From Candidatus Kapaibacterium sp. (lineage in GTDB: Bacteria; Bacteroidota; Ignavibacteria; Kapaibacteriales; UBA4661), in contig JALONG010000011.1 of NCBI GenBank assembly GCA_025455065.1, forward strand, positions 27,738 through 91,737: 64,000 nucleotides of DNA, given 5' to 3'. The first letter of the stretch is position 1; the number at the start of each line of letters is the position of its first letter. Shown here piece by piece: positions 38,040 through 48,602 of the stretch. The notes beneath the pieces are model-generated. The model was not told where the DNA came from. It did no database searches and saw nothing but the letters and a program-made list of their open reading frames with translations. The translations under genes were made by a program, and so were the position numbers.

Positions 38040-41000
38040 TTATTCCTGACGGGGAAGAGCCATAAATTCATCACGCGAAATCATCGGCACAACGGGAATA
38101 CTCTTGGTTTTGAGGGTTTCGTTGAGTGATGCCATATCTTTTCCGGTGAGTTTTTCCCATGTTGCAATCGCTTGTTTTAGGTCTGCATCAAGCATAGCAA
38201 GGTGTTCCAAATGGACTTTGCTCGGTGCGCCACCGTGGAAACTGACTGCACCGTAGATTTCAAGCAGCTTTTCGCGGAGTTTGTTTTCTTTCACACCCAC
38301 GTAAAAGCCCTCACCGGCAACAAGCGTTTTGTAAAAATCGGCAAATTGCTTGTAGTTGGCTTCGTAGCTTGATTTTACCGCAGCATCCGAAGCTGCATCC
38401 ATACGCGCTTTAAGCGTGTCACGGGTGCGGACGGTTGTTTCGATGATGTATGCAAGGCGTTCTTGCATTTCGTAGAGTTGCTTTGCCACTTTGTACTGCG
38501 CAAGGCGCTCTGTCGGAGCGTAGGGGGAACGCGGGTCGCTGACGAGCGTCAAAGCTCCGGTGAAGGATTTATCGCCTTTGGTGATACGCACCGTGTATTT
38601 GCCTTCGGGAGCGTTCAAGCCTTGCCCCAAGCCGCTCAGACCATTTTCCGTTTCAAAACTTTCTGCTTTTGCGGCTTTTGGCGGACGAGTGGACATACCC
38701 CATTGCACGCGGTTGAAGCCTTTGCGCTTGCCGCCTTGCAGTGAAGTCAGCACCTCGTTTTTATCATTCAAAATATCAATCGTCAAACTGCCCGAACTCA
38801 TGCGGTCTTTGAGGAAGTAGGTGATAACGGCATTTCCCGGTACATTGTCACCGATAAATTCATCACTGCCCGGGAAATCTTGAAAACCGATACCATATGT
38901 TTGCACCGTTGGGCGAGCGGGTAAAATGGCGAGTTCGCTGTTCAGCGTTTCGGCGGTGATAGCACGAAGTGTCGTCAAATCGTCAAAAATGATGATACCG
39001 CGTCCGTGAGTTGCCAAAATAAGGTCGTGTTCGCGGGGATGAATCGCAATATCACGCACACCGACATCAGGGATATTTGCTTTCATTTGCGCCCAGTTTT
39101 GACCGCCGTCCAGCGTAACAAACAAGCCAAATTCCGTTCCGACAAAGAGCATATTTTTGTTCACCAAATCTTCGCGGATAACGTGCGCGTAGCCTTTGAA
39201 CTCGCTTGACGTGAAGGCTGTCCACGTTTTGCCGAAATCGGTTGTTTTGTACACGTAGGTTTTCCAATCGCCTATGGTGTGGCAATCAAAGGTAACGTAG
39301 GCAGTGCCTTTGTCGTAGCGGCTTGGTTCAACGGTTGAAACCCACGCATTTTTCGGGATGCCGGAAACATTTGCCACAACGTTTGTCCACGTTTTACCGC
39401 CATTTTGCGTTACTTGCACATTACCGTCATCCGTGCCTGCCCAGATAACCTTTTCGTCAAGCGGTGATTCAGCAACGGCGTAAATTGTACAGTGGTTTTC
39501 AGCCGAAGATTTGTCCATCGTTACACCGCCGGACTCTTCCTGCTTCTGTTTTGCGGGGTCATTCGTGGTGAGGTCGGGCGAGATTTTTTCCCATGATTCG
39601 CCTCTGTCCGATGAACGGAACAAAAATTGCGAAGCGGCATAGAGCGTTTTCGGGTTTTTCGGACTTTGTGCGATTGGCGTGTTCCAATTCCAACGATATT
39701 TCGGCTCTCCGGCTTTTTCGAGCGGTTTAATAATTTTGATTTCGCCGGTCGGTAAATGGTGGCGAACCATGTTTCCGCCTTGCATCTCGAAATAGAGGAA
39801 GTTTTTATCCAATTTATCACGCAGAACATAGAAACCGTCACCAAAGCCGACACTGCGCCAAATATCATTGCCCATTGCGCCTGTTGTGCGCGAAGGAGCC
39901 ATCCATGAGCCGTTGTCCTGCAAACCGCCCATGACATTGTAGGGATTTTCCATATCGTAGCTGACGTGGTAAAACTGCGACACAGGCAAATTGCGCATAA
40001 ACTGCCATTTTCTACCCCTGTCAAGCGAGCGATACACGCCGCCGTCCGTGCCTAGCAGCAAGTGCATGGGGTTTTTCGGGTCAATCCACAGTGCGTGGTG
40101 GTCAGCGTGCGTGTCTCCACCGATAGTTTCAAAGGTTTTGCCGCCGTCGGTGCTGACGTTCAGTTGATAGTTCGGACGATAGACGCGGTTTTCATCCGTC
40201 GGGTCCACTGCCAATACTGCGAAATAGAATGGGCGAAGCGTGATTGATACTTTGTCTGCTTGCATTTTCCATGTTTCGCCTTTGTCGTCGGAACGGTAAA
40301 TCGCGGATTTTTTCGATTCTACCATTGCATAAACAACATTGGGGTTCGAGGGCGCAAAGGCAATACACGTGCGCCCAATCACGCCGCCCGGCAAGCCTTG
40401 TGCTTCACCAAGTTTTTTCCACGTTTTGCCGCCGTCGGTAGATTTGTAAAAACCACTTCCTTCGCCACCCGAAGCAAATTCCCACCCTTTGCGACGGAAT
40501 TGCCACATCGAAGCAAAAAGGACATTCGGATTAGACGGGTCCATAACCACGTCCGCGCAACCCGTTTTTGCGTCCACATACAAGATTTTCTCCCATGTTT
40601 TACCGCCGTCGGTGGTTTTGTAAAGACCTCTGTCTTCGCTGTCCGACCAGAGAGCGCCTAATCCGGCAACATAGATGATATTGGCGTTTGTGCTGTGAAT
40701 CACCACTTTCGCAATACGCTCAACTTTTTCCAAACCCATGCGCGTCCAATTATCGCCGCCGTCGGTGGTTTTGTAAATGCCGTCACCGACAGAAACACTA
40801 TTACGGACGTTGGTTTCGCCTGCTCCAACCCAGACAACTTCGCCTTTGGAAGAGTGGTCAATCGCCACAGCGCCGATAGATTGGGTATGTTTGTCGAATA
40901 CGGGCTTAAATGTTGTGCCATTGTCGAGTGATTTCCACACACCGCCCGTAGCCGTGCCAACCCAGATAATACGCTGGTCGGGAGACTTCGGGTTTTTATC

Positions 41001-41249
41001 GTCAAGTTTTTTATCAATCACGTCAATCGCTGTGATGCGCCCACTCATGGCAGCAGGACCGATTTGACGGGCTTTGAGGTCGCCAAACATGGCACTGGTG
41101 ATTTTAATTGGTGCAGGGGCGTTTGGTGCTGCTTGCTGCGCAAATACGGCAGTTCCGAAAACAAGACAGCAACACATCGCCCAAAGGCTGGAACGGAAAA
41201 GGTTCATAAATGAAAACAATACGGTGAACAAAAAGGGATTATGAGGCAT
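38040..41249 (-). CDS. Secreted BNR/Asp-box beta-propeller protein (VPS10/sortilin-like, often labelled glycosyl hydrolase)
   Basis: Signal peptide, IGPAAMSGRI, many S/T.DGG.TW Asp-boxes, GGLQDNGSW, ATHGRG. Confidence 0.88.
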   Translation of the reverse strand: MPHNPFLFTVLFSFMNLFRSSLWAMCCCLVFGTAVFAQQAAPNAPAPIKITSAMFGDLKARQIGPAAMSGRITAIDVIDKKLDDKNPKSPDQRIIWVGTATGGVWKSLDNGTTFKPVFDKHTQSIGAVAIDHSSKGEVVWVGAGETNVRNSVSVGDGIYKTTDGGDNWTRMGLEKVERIAKVVIHSTNANIIYVAGLGALWSDSEDRGLYKTTDGGKTWEKILYVDAKTGCADVVMDPSNPNVLFASMWQFRRKGWEFASGGEGSGFYKSTDGGKTWKKLGEAQGLPGGVIGRTCIAFAPSNPNVVYAMVESKKSAIYRSDDKGETWKMQADKVSITLRPFYFAVLAVDPTDENRVYRPNYQLNVSTDGGKTFETIGGDTHADHHALWIDPKNPMHLLLGTDGGVYRSLDRGRKWQFMRNLPVSQFYHVSYDMENPYNVMGGLQDNGSWMAPSRTTGAMGNDIWRSVGFGDGFYVLRDKLDKNFLYFEMQGGNMVRHHLPTGEIKIIKPLEKAGEPKYRWNWNTPIAQSPKNPKTLYAASQFLFRSSDRGESWEKISPDLTTNDPAKQKQEESGGVTMDKSSAENHCTIYAVAESPLDEKVIWAGTDDGNVQVTQNGGKTWTNVVANVSGIPKNAWVSTVEPSRYDKGTAYVTFDCHTIGDWKTYVYKTTDFGKTWTAFTSSEFKGYAHVIREDLVNKNMLFVGTEFGLFVTLDGGQNWAQMKANIPDVGVRDIAIHPREHDLILATHGRGIIIFDDLTTLRAITAETLNSELAILPARPTVQTYGIGFQDFPGSDEFIGDNVPGNAVITYFLKDRMSSGSLTIDILNDKNEVLTSLQGGKRKGFNRVQWGMSTRPPKAAKAESFETENGLSGLGQGLNAPEGKYTVRITKGDKSFTGALTLVSDPRSPYAPTERLAQYKVAKQLYEMQERLAYIIETTVRTRDTLKARMDAASDAAVKSSYEANYKQFADFYKTLVAGEGFYVGVKENKLREKLLEIYGAVSFHGGAPSKVHLEHLAMLDADLKQAIATWEKLTGKDMASLNETLKTKSIPVVPMISRDEFMALPRQE

Positions 41250-41548
41250 TGCCTGAGTAAAACGGATAAATTACAAGAAGGTTGCGAGAGGTGGAAGAAA
41301 AATTGTAGATTGTTGGAAGTTTTTGTACGCATTTGCAGGACATAAATTTCGGCACTGGATTTGTATAAATCTCTGCAAACGCCTATTTACGGCACTTATA
41401 CGTCTCTGCATGAGACAACTACCGTAAATGTGGCTTAGGATGAGACAGCTTGCGCCGCCCTACCGTTTCTTAATGGTAGAACGGCTTACCACAAATGCTT
41501 GCGCCGCGCAAAAGGCGTTCCATGTACCACCACCAATTCCTTAAAACT

Positions 41549-43201
41549 ATGCAACGACGCGATTTTTTCTCCTTTTTGTTTAGCTCCGGTGCAGAACGTT
41601 CTTCACAAAGCGAATATCACCTTGCTGCCGAACAAGTATATCTTGCTCCGAATGATGAAAACAATAGTGATACTAAAAAAAGCACTGCACAACTGCAAAG
41701 TGGCTTAGAACCCTACACCTCGCCGCTTGACCGCCGTAGAGCGCTTCATTTGGTGCGTCGGCTTAGTTTTGCGCCAAATTATACGTTGATAAATCAACTT
41801 GTCGGAAAAACGGCGCAAGAAGCCGTCAATATCGTGCTTGGCACAAGCGCAAGCGTTACACTGCCCACAAACCCGCCCGGAACGTGGATTAACGACATCA
41901 CTGAAAACCCCGACCGCGCCGACAACGACACGCGAAGCCAGATACAAGGGCGCTGGGGTGGGCAGTTCGGCAGTTTGCAATCGTGGTGGACAAATTTGAT
42001 GCTGACTGAAGGTTTTCCGGCGCGGGAAAAACTTGTGCTGTTTTGGAGCGGTCATTTTACCAGCGAATTTGCCTTCGATGATATGTACAACCCGCCTCAA
42101 CTCTTGTTCCGTCAAAATCAAACCTTGCGCAAAGACTGTCTGGGCGATTTTCGCCAACTGACCGAAGACATTACGCTGGACGGCGCAATGCTCAATTACT
42201 TAGGCGGGACGCTGAATACGAAGGGGTCGCCGAATGAAAATTATGCCCGTGAACTGTTGGAACTCTTCACAACAGGCTTGGGCGCTTACACCGAAGGTGA
42301 TGTTAAAGAAGCGGCACGAGCGCTCACGGGCTGGCGTGCATCGCGGTTTAACGATGAGCCGCGCCCAAACGGCAATTTCAACACGTACTTTGTTCCGTCG
42401 GCGCACGACACAGGCGCGAAGCAGTTTTTGGGCGTTACGATTCCGGCACGGGACGCGGACTCGAATACGGAACTGCTGGTGCGCTCAGGCGAAGTGCGGC
42501 GTTTGGTGAATATCATTTTTGAGCGACGTCCGAATGAAGCAGCGCGATTTATCTGCACAAAACTGTATCGCTTTTTTGTCTATGCCAATCCAAGCACAAA
42601 CGCTGCAAGCGCCAATGTAACAAGCGTTATTCAGCAAATGGCGGATGTGTTTCGTCGGTCGAATTACCAGATTTTACCCGTCTTACAGGCACTGTTTAGT
42701 AGCGCACATTTTTACGACGAAGCAAATATCGGTGTTCAGATAAAAACTCCGGCAGAATTTGTGCTTGGGCTGGCACGGCAACTCGGCGTAAGCGCCGGAA
42801 ATGCCGTTGGAACGATGAACTCCTTAGAACAGGTGCTGATAGACCCCCCGACGGTTGCGGGTTGGGATGGCTACCGCACGTGGTTAAGCACAAAGACCTA
42901 TCCGCTTCGCGTACAGTACGCACAAAACCTCATTCGCGGCATAAGCAACGATGCGCTTTCCACCTGGGCGAGGCAATTTCCGCAAGCGGAGAATGTTCAA
43001 TCGTTGGTGAGCGGCATTGCAGAGTTCTTATTTCCTAAAACCCTTTCAGCAAGCCGTTTGCAAGGGTATGTGAATGCGCTTTTGGCAGGCGCACCCGATT
43101 ACGAGTGGGCGGGAATTTTGCGAGACAACAATGCAGCCGGAATACGGCTTAAAACCTTGCTTTCGCAAATGGTCAAAGCGCCGGATATACAACTGACATG
43201 A
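41549..43201 (+). CDS. DUF1800 family protein
   Basis: ALHLVRRLSF, EKLVLFWSGHF, AMLNYL, PNENYARELLELFTTG, YTEGDVKEAARALTGW, IKTPAEF, PPTVAGW. Tat-like MQRRDFF start; ORF-track start is 41495. Confidence 0.88.
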   Translation: MQRRDFFSFLFSSGAERSSQSEYHLAAEQVYLAPNDENNSDTKKSTAQLQSGLEPYTSPLDRRRALHLVRRLSFAPNYTLINQLVGKTAQEAVNIVLGTSASVTLPTNPPGTWINDITENPDRADNDTRSQIQGRWGGQFGSLQSWWTNLMLTEGFPAREKLVLFWSGHFTSEFAFDDMYNPPQLLFRQNQTLRKDCLGDFRQLTEDITLDGAMLNYLGGTLNTKGSPNENYARELLELFTTGLGAYTEGDVKEAARALTGWRASRFNDEPRPNGNFNTYFVPSAHDTGAKQFLGVTIPARDADSNTELLVRSGEVRRLVNIIFERRPNEAARFICTKLYRFFVYANPSTNAASANVTSVIQQMADVFRRSNYQILPVLQALFSSAHFYDEANIGVQIKTPAEFVLGLARQLGVSAGNAVGTMNSLEQVLIDPPTVAGWDGYRTWLSTKTYPLRVQYAQNLIRGISNDALSTWARQFPQAENVQSLVSGIAEFLFPKTLSASRLQGYVNALLAGAPDYEWAGILRDNNAAGIRLKTLLSQMVKAPDIQLT

Positions 43202-43247
43202 AGTAGAAAACACCATTACAGCACCAAATCAGGTAGCACAAAACGAC

Positions 43248-43276
43248 AAAAGCCACGAACAATCGTGGCTTTTTTT
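43248..43276. terminator. Bidirectional terminator between DUF1800 and tRNA-Pro
   Basis: AAAAGCCACGA-ACAA-TCGTGGCTTTTTTT. Confidence 0.8.
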
Positions 43277-43281
43277 GTCAG

Positions 43282-43355
43282 TCGGGGTGAGAGGACTCGA
43301 ACCTCCGGCCTCTACGTCCCGAACGTAGCGCTCTACCGGGCTGAGCTACACCCCG
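43282..43355 (-). tRNA. tRNA-Pro(CGG), CCA not encoded
   Basis: Minus strand CGGGGTGTAGCTCAGCCCGGTAGAGCGCTACGTTCGGGACGTAGAGGCCGGAGGTTCGAGTCCTCTCACCCCGA folds as a cloverleaf; anticodon arm CTACG-TTCGGGA-CGTAG. Confidence 0.96.
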
Positions 43356-43387
43356 TTAGCACAAAAAAAATTGTGCTAAACAGATTT

Positions 43388-43418
43388 CAAAGATACAGGG
43401 ATTTTTTGTATTTTCAAA
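43388..43418 (-). promoter_or_regulatory. Bacteroidota-type sigma70 promoter of tRNA-Pro
   Basis: Minus strand reads TTTG-N19-TATCTTTG, an exact -33/-7 consensus just upstream of the tRNA. Confidence 0.75.
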
Positions 43419-43498
43419 ATTATTTTTTGCCTGTGTGCAGTTCGTCAGCCTTGAACGCTTGTCACTGCTGCATTTCTCACGTTTCATGTTGAGGTTTT

Positions 43499-44389
43499 GT
43501 GAAAACTCTTCACTATCGTTTCGTTGTTGCTCTGCTGCGTGGCATTGGTGTCATCGCATACCGTCTGACACGGGAGAAACGTACGCAATACGGCTGCAAA
43601 GCAGGAGAAATACTCCATCGAATATATCCCAAACGCCGTCAAATAACGTTGGATAATTTGCGTCGCGCCTTCCCTGAACGCGAAGAAGAATGGATTCAAG
43701 CCACTGCACACGCTTCGTATCAGAATCTTGGTATTACGCTGTTGGAACTCCTCATATTGCCCCACATTACGCCAAGTGAAGCCCGTGCGATGATTAGCTT
43801 TCGCGGCACGGAAGAAATCGAAGCAGAGATCGCCGCAGGGCGCGGTGTGGTCTTGATTTCAGGGCATTTATCGAATTGGGAATTACTTGCCTTTGCTTTT
43901 CCGCTTTACACTAATATTCCGACATCGCTCATCGTTGCTCCGCCCTCAAACAAGTATGTGGAAGAGTATTTGAAATGGTATCGTTCTCGCACGGGAAACC
44001 GTATTTTGCCCATGCACAATGTCGCTCGCACGATTGTTGAGCGCCTTGCAAACTGCGAAGCAATCGCTATGCTCGCTGACCAAGCCGCATCCGAACACGA
44101 CGCTTTAATACCGTTTTTCGGTACACTCGCCCCCACATATGAAGCACCTGCGGCGCTCGCACTCAAGCGCAACGTTGCACTTTTTGGTCTTTATGCCGTA
44201 CGTGACGGCGAAGGACTGTACACCGCAGAAGCACAACGCATACCGCACGAGGACTTGCTTCCCGACAAAGAAGGTATCCTTGAACTCACACACCGCCACG
44301 TTGCGCTTTTGGAGGAAAAAATTCGTCAGTACCCCGATTTATGGGCGTGGCAGCAACGTCGCTGGAAAAGCAATAAGGACAAAGGATAG
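43499..44389 (+). CDS. lpxL: Lipid A biosynthesis lauroyl/myristoyl acyltransferase (LpxL/HtrB family)
   Basis: NLRRAFPE, GHLSNWE, MLADQ, PFFG, LEEKIRQYPDLWAW..RRWK. Confidence 0.85.
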   Translation: MKTLHYRFVVALLRGIGVIAYRLTREKRTQYGCKAGEILHRIYPKRRQITLDNLRRAFPEREEEWIQATAHASYQNLGITLLELLILPHITPSEARAMISFRGTEEIEAEIAAGRGVVLISGHLSNWELLAFAFPLYTNIPTSLIVAPPSNKYVEEYLKWYRSRTGNRILPMHNVARTIVERLANCEAIAMLADQAASEHDALIPFFGTLAPTYEAPAALALKRNVALFGLYAVRDGEGLYTAEAQRIPHEDLLPDKEGILELTHRHVALLEEKIRQYPDLWAWQQRRWKSNKDKG

Positions 44390-44440
44390 TACCAATATTT
44401 GGTTTGAAGATTATTGGTTTGAAATTGGTATCGGTCTATC

Positions 44441-44552
44441 GAAAAAAGTCCGTGAATCCCACGAATCAGCACAAATCCTTGATTGATGTGATAATTTTCG
44501 AGAGCGATGACATTCCAGCTTATTGTTCGTGAAAAGTAGTGTAATTCGTGGT
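44441..44552. repeat. Degenerate CACG(G/A)AT-type inverted repeat relic
   Basis: GAAAAAAGTCCGTGAATCCCACGAATCAGCACAAAT ... TTCGTGAAAAGTAGTGTAATTCGTGG; resembles the GxxExxY-flanking repeats. Confidence 0.45.
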
Positions 44553-44594
44553 TATCATTGTTCAGATACGTGATAGGAAACATTCGTACGTTCC

Positions 44595-47486
44595 TCATTT
44601 CCCCGCTTCCGGCAACAGTACAAACCGCGCACTGTTCGGCGTGAGGAACACCTTCCGAAATGCCTTCCGCACATCTTCCAGCGTCATCCGCTCAACAAGG
44701 TCGCTGTATTCCAACATCCGTTCCGGTGATTCGCCTTGCTGTGTCCAAAATATCAAGCGTCCAAGCCACGCGCTGTTGTCTTTCATGCTTGTTTCCCGTG
44801 CTTTGAGGAGTTTTGTTTTTGCTTCCTGCACATCTTCTTGCGTAATGCCGTCCTCTGCAAGCCGCTTCCAAAGAGCATTCATGCGGTTTTTGAGTTCTTC
44901 GGTGCGCTCCGGTTCGGAGGGGAAAGCGGCTGTTGCCAAAAGGCTGGGAAAAGGATTTGCGGAGTAGTTGATGCTAACGGCGCTTGTGTAAACGCCGCCT
45001 GCATCATGGCGTAAGGCTTCACGCAGTTTTGTATCGGCAACGATTTGTACCACTTCAAAGGTTATATCCTGCCTGTATGACCATGCACCAACCGTATCGT
45101 GATAATAAACATTCGTCGAAGCCTGATTATCACTGCCTCGGCGGACACGAACATCAAACACTCCCTGAAGCGGTTTAGCGCTTACATCGCGCATCCGATG
45201 GGGAATACTTTTCGACGGCAAACCGCCGAAATACTGCAATATCAACGGCTTGATGCGCTTTACATCAAACGCACCAACTAGCACAAGCGCACCACCACGC
45301 ACATTCCCGAAAAACCGTTTGTAAAGCGGGAAGCCGACTGCCGCATGATTCCACTCCTCCAACTCACGCTGCGTTATCGCCCGTGCAGTGTAGTGATTGC
45401 CGTACAGAACGCTTGCAATCGTGTCTTGGAACTTCACCAAGGGATAATTTTTCCGCAACGAAAATGCCTGTTTTTCACGGTCTTTTGTCATTGCTACATT
45501 CGCAGAATCAAGACGTGGAGAGGTGTGCAGGGCATACACAATCTGCAACATCGTTTCAAGATCATCGTCGGCAGCATTACCGCTCACACCGTGATACAAA
45601 CCGTCAAGATACGGCGCAGCGCTTACCTGCTTTCCGGCAAGAAACCTCGTGTATTCTTGCGGCGTGAACGCACCTATTCCTGCGGTTGCGGGATTTTGCA
45701 AGGGCATAATACGACTTGCAGCCTGATATTCGCTTTCGGAAACAACGGAAAGACCACCCGGAATAAATGATTGCAGCAAGACCTGATTCCGGCTGAACGT
45801 TGTGGGCTTCATCAAAACGCGCAACCCGTTGGAAAGTTGCCATTCGGTAACACCGATGCGCGGATACTGCCGCTCACGCAGAATTTTCGCACTTTGGGGG
45901 AGTTTTTGCAAGAGCGGTTTGCTCAAGGTATCTTCGGTGAAAGGAGGTAAATGTTCGCGCTCGGCACGTTTCAAAAGCTGCAAGACCGCTTCAGTGTTGA
46001 TTCCGGCGCTGTCTTGGGGCGGTGAGGCTATAAACGTCATTTGTGCAGACGTTCCAAAGGGAAAGAGTGTTTGCGCCATTTGGTGGAGTTCTTGGGGCTG
46101 AATCGCCGCAATAATGCTTGTGTCAAGCGGGTATGTGTCTTCGGGCAGGAGCAGTAGTGAACCAACCCGAAGTTGATTCAAACACACATCAACAACAGCG
46201 CGTGAAATCAGGCTTAAACGGTCATTGTAGCTCACATCCACGCCCTTACGCAGGGTTTGCTTCATACGCAGAATTTCCGACGGCAAAAAACCATCCCGCC
46301 GCACACGCCAAAGTTCCGCCAATGCCGCTTGGTAGCTTGTGAAAAGCGCATCACTCGGCTCAAGAGAAAGCGACGACAACGCCTCGGAACGATTCATCTG
46401 CTGCCACATCACCGATGCAGACCGAAAAGGCGCTTTGGTGCTGCTTGCGACGATAGTTTGCAAACGGCTGTTGATGAGTGCCAGCGTCATATTCCGCACA
46501 AGGTTTTCTCTGTACACGCTTGCGGTGGTAGTGGCTTGAAAAGCGCCTCGCCACGCCGTTTCACAAAGACCGTTCGGAAGTTCGCTATCAACAAAAATTG
46601 CCACCTGCGGCAGAGAATCCGTACCATTTGCCACAAGCCTCATTAACGCTCGCTCCTGCCGGATAGTGCGCGAAGAAGTGCGAAAAGGCATACTCCCCAA
46701 ACGCTGACGAATACTCGCTTCCAAGCTATCCGAGTTGATGTCGCCCACAATCACCAATGCCATATTCTCCGGCACATACCAATCTTGATAAAAACGCCGC
46801 ACAGCCTCGTGGCGAAAGGTATCAAGACTTGATTTAGTGCCGATAGTCTCGCGCTCTGCGTAGCGTGTACCGCGCAGCAAGGCAGCAAAATAGGCTCGCG
46901 TAAGACGACCTTGCACGCCCAAAGTACCGAGCCGCCATTCTTCGGTAACAATTTTTCGCTCATTTTCCATTGCCGCAGAATCAAGTATTAACGCCGATGA
47001 CCAGTCTGCAACAATATCCAACGCCGTTTCCAAGACCGAAAGACTGTCAGTCGGCACTTGCATCTGATAAACTGTCTCGTCAGTCGAGGTATAAGCGTTA
47101 GTGTGTGCGCCAAAGTCCATACCACGTGATTCCAAATACTTGATAATGGCTGTTCCCGAAAAACGCTTCGTACCGTTAAACGCTAAATGCTCCAAAACGT
47201 GCGCCAAACCTCGCTGGTCATCGTCTTCCATAAGCGAACCCGCGTTGACAAAAAGGCGTATTTCGGCGCGGCGCTCCGGTTTAGGATTGTTTGCGATAAA
47301 ACACCGCAGCCCGTTGGACAAGGTAAAACGGCGTATTTTCTTGGTTTCAGGGAGTTTTTCTTGTGTCGGAAAAACTTGCGCGGGCAGTGAAAAGGAAGCG
47401 CACTGCATGAGGAGAACAAGAACGGTCAGACGACGCAAGCCAGATTTTATGCGGCACATTGGATATGAGAATGAAGGATTGAACAA
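44595..47486 (-). CDS. M16 family zinc protease (PqqL-like)
   Basis: LSNGL, GLAHVLEHLAFNGT (HxxEH), NAYTS.DETVY, second half WQLSNGL..., LRE..GGVY. Confidence 0.92.
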   Translation of the reverse strand: MFNPSFSYPMCRIKSGLRRLTVLVLLMQCASFSLPAQVFPTQEKLPETKKIRRFTLSNGLRCFIANNPKPERRAEIRLFVNAGSLMEDDDQRGLAHVLEHLAFNGTKRFSGTAIIKYLESRGMDFGAHTNAYTSTDETVYQMQVPTDSLSVLETALDIVADWSSALILDSAAMENERKIVTEEWRLGTLGVQGRLTRAYFAALLRGTRYAERETIGTKSSLDTFRHEAVRRFYQDWYVPENMALVIVGDINSDSLEASIRQRLGSMPFRTSSRTIRQERALMRLVANGTDSLPQVAIFVDSELPNGLCETAWRGAFQATTTASVYRENLVRNMTLALINSRLQTIVASSTKAPFRSASVMWQQMNRSEALSSLSLEPSDALFTSYQAALAELWRVRRDGFLPSEILRMKQTLRKGVDVSYNDRLSLISRAVVDVCLNQLRVGSLLLLPEDTYPLDTSIIAAIQPQELHQMAQTLFPFGTSAQMTFIASPPQDSAGINTEAVLQLLKRAEREHLPPFTEDTLSKPLLQKLPQSAKILRERQYPRIGVTEWQLSNGLRVLMKPTTFSRNQVLLQSFIPGGLSVVSESEYQAASRIMPLQNPATAGIGAFTPQEYTRFLAGKQVSAAPYLDGLYHGVSGNAADDDLETMLQIVYALHTSPRLDSANVAMTKDREKQAFSLRKNYPLVKFQDTIASVLYGNHYTARAITQRELEEWNHAAVGFPLYKRFFGNVRGGALVLVGAFDVKRIKPLILQYFGGLPSKSIPHRMRDVSAKPLQGVFDVRVRRGSDNQASTNVYYHDTVGAWSYRQDITFEVVQIVADTKLREALRHDAGGVYTSAVSINYSANPFPSLLATAAFPSEPERTEELKNRMNALWKRLAEDGITQEDVQEAKTKLLKARETSMKDNSAWLGRLIFWTQQGESPERMLEYSDLVERMTLEDVRKAFRKVFLTPNSARFVLLPEAGK

Positions 47487-47633
47487 ATTGCGGTTGTTCG
47501 CAAATATACAAAAGTTCTTTCATTCGGAAGCTCCCAACTCTCCGCACGATTTCGTTTGCGTAACGTCCTTCCGGCGCGTATTTTTGCCACAGATTAGCAT
47601 TCACACGGAAGTCGTTTCTCACTTTTTTTCAGC

Positions 47634-48422
47634 ATGGAACAAATTCAAACCCTCTCCACTCTGCGCGGTCGTGCGGTGCTGCGCGATATTGTCCGCGAAC
47701 TTCGCTACGAAAAACAAGTTAGCAGTTTAACAACACTTTTGACGTGCTGGCGGCTCTGCACCTTCGAGCGCGAAATTTACCGTTACAGCCGCCGCCAAGT
47801 AACCATTATTCACAAACTCGGGCTTTTTCGCGGAACGTCGCTGTGGTTGCAAGAAGTGGTGAATCGGTTTTATTTTTCGACGATAAACTCGCTGGTCTAT
47901 CTGGGAGCGGCTATTTTGCTGGTCTTGGTGAGTGGCTATCGCTTCACCGACCGCGTTGATACTCGCTTGGTGATTGTTGGTGTGGGAATAGAAGCGCTCA
48001 TGCTGCTCATTTTATTCGTGGTGATGTTTTTTTCGCCGTCGGACGACATTGAGGAAGAAACAGGCAGAGAAACGGAAGATTCCGGTGAACTCCGCGAACT
48101 TATCACGGAAATCGGCGACATTGCGACTGACTACGCAAGTGCCGGTGCGCGGTTGGAGACCATTACCGCTTCACTGTCCGACATTACTGCCCGCCAAGAC
48201 GAACTTTTGGGCGCGGTGAACGATGCCGTCCGCGCTGTGTCCTTCGCAAGCAGCCCCCAGCCTGAGTTTATCGAAACTATGCGCCAAACAAACCACACAC
48301 TGCAAACCTTTCACCTAAACGTGCAGGCATTAGTTGAAGCGACAAACCAACTCCGCCGTGAAGAAATTCAACGTGCCGTCAGAGCAGAAGTAGAGCGGAT
48401 TTTGGAACAACGGATGCGATAA
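47634..48422 (+). CDS. Two-TM + coiled-coil membrane protein, possibly GldL/PorL-like
   Basis: TM1 NSLVYLGAAILLV and TM2 GVGIEALML...FSP, followed by an acidic linker and coiled coil. Confidence 0.45.
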   Translation: MEQIQTLSTLRGRAVLRDIVRELRYEKQVSSLTTLLTCWRLCTFEREIYRYSRRQVTIIHKLGLFRGTSLWLQEVVNRFYFSTINSLVYLGAAILLVLVSGYRFTDRVDTRLVIVGVGIEALMLLILFVVMFFSPSDDIEEETGRETEDSGELRELITEIGDIATDYASAGARLETITASLSDITARQDELLGAVNDAVRAVSFASSPQPEFIETMRQTNHTLQTFHLNVQALVEATNQLRREEIQRAVRAEVERILEQRMR

Positions 48423-48602
48423 AATTCCACATTCTAAAAAAAAGTTCCCTGATTTCTCTCCTCTGCAAAATTTTTTTTCTCCCTGTGCGTCTCTTCCTGC
48501 GTGGGCTACTAGTCTCGTACTTGCTCGTGCTTTGGAATATTCCGGCAACAACGGGAATGATAACCACGATGTACACTTCACCACCTTTTTCCTCCACGTT
48601 GT

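Noticed and set aside
43282..43355. tRNA-Pro as integration site of a genomic island
   Set aside because: No integrase and no duplicated tRNA 3' end seen in the window.
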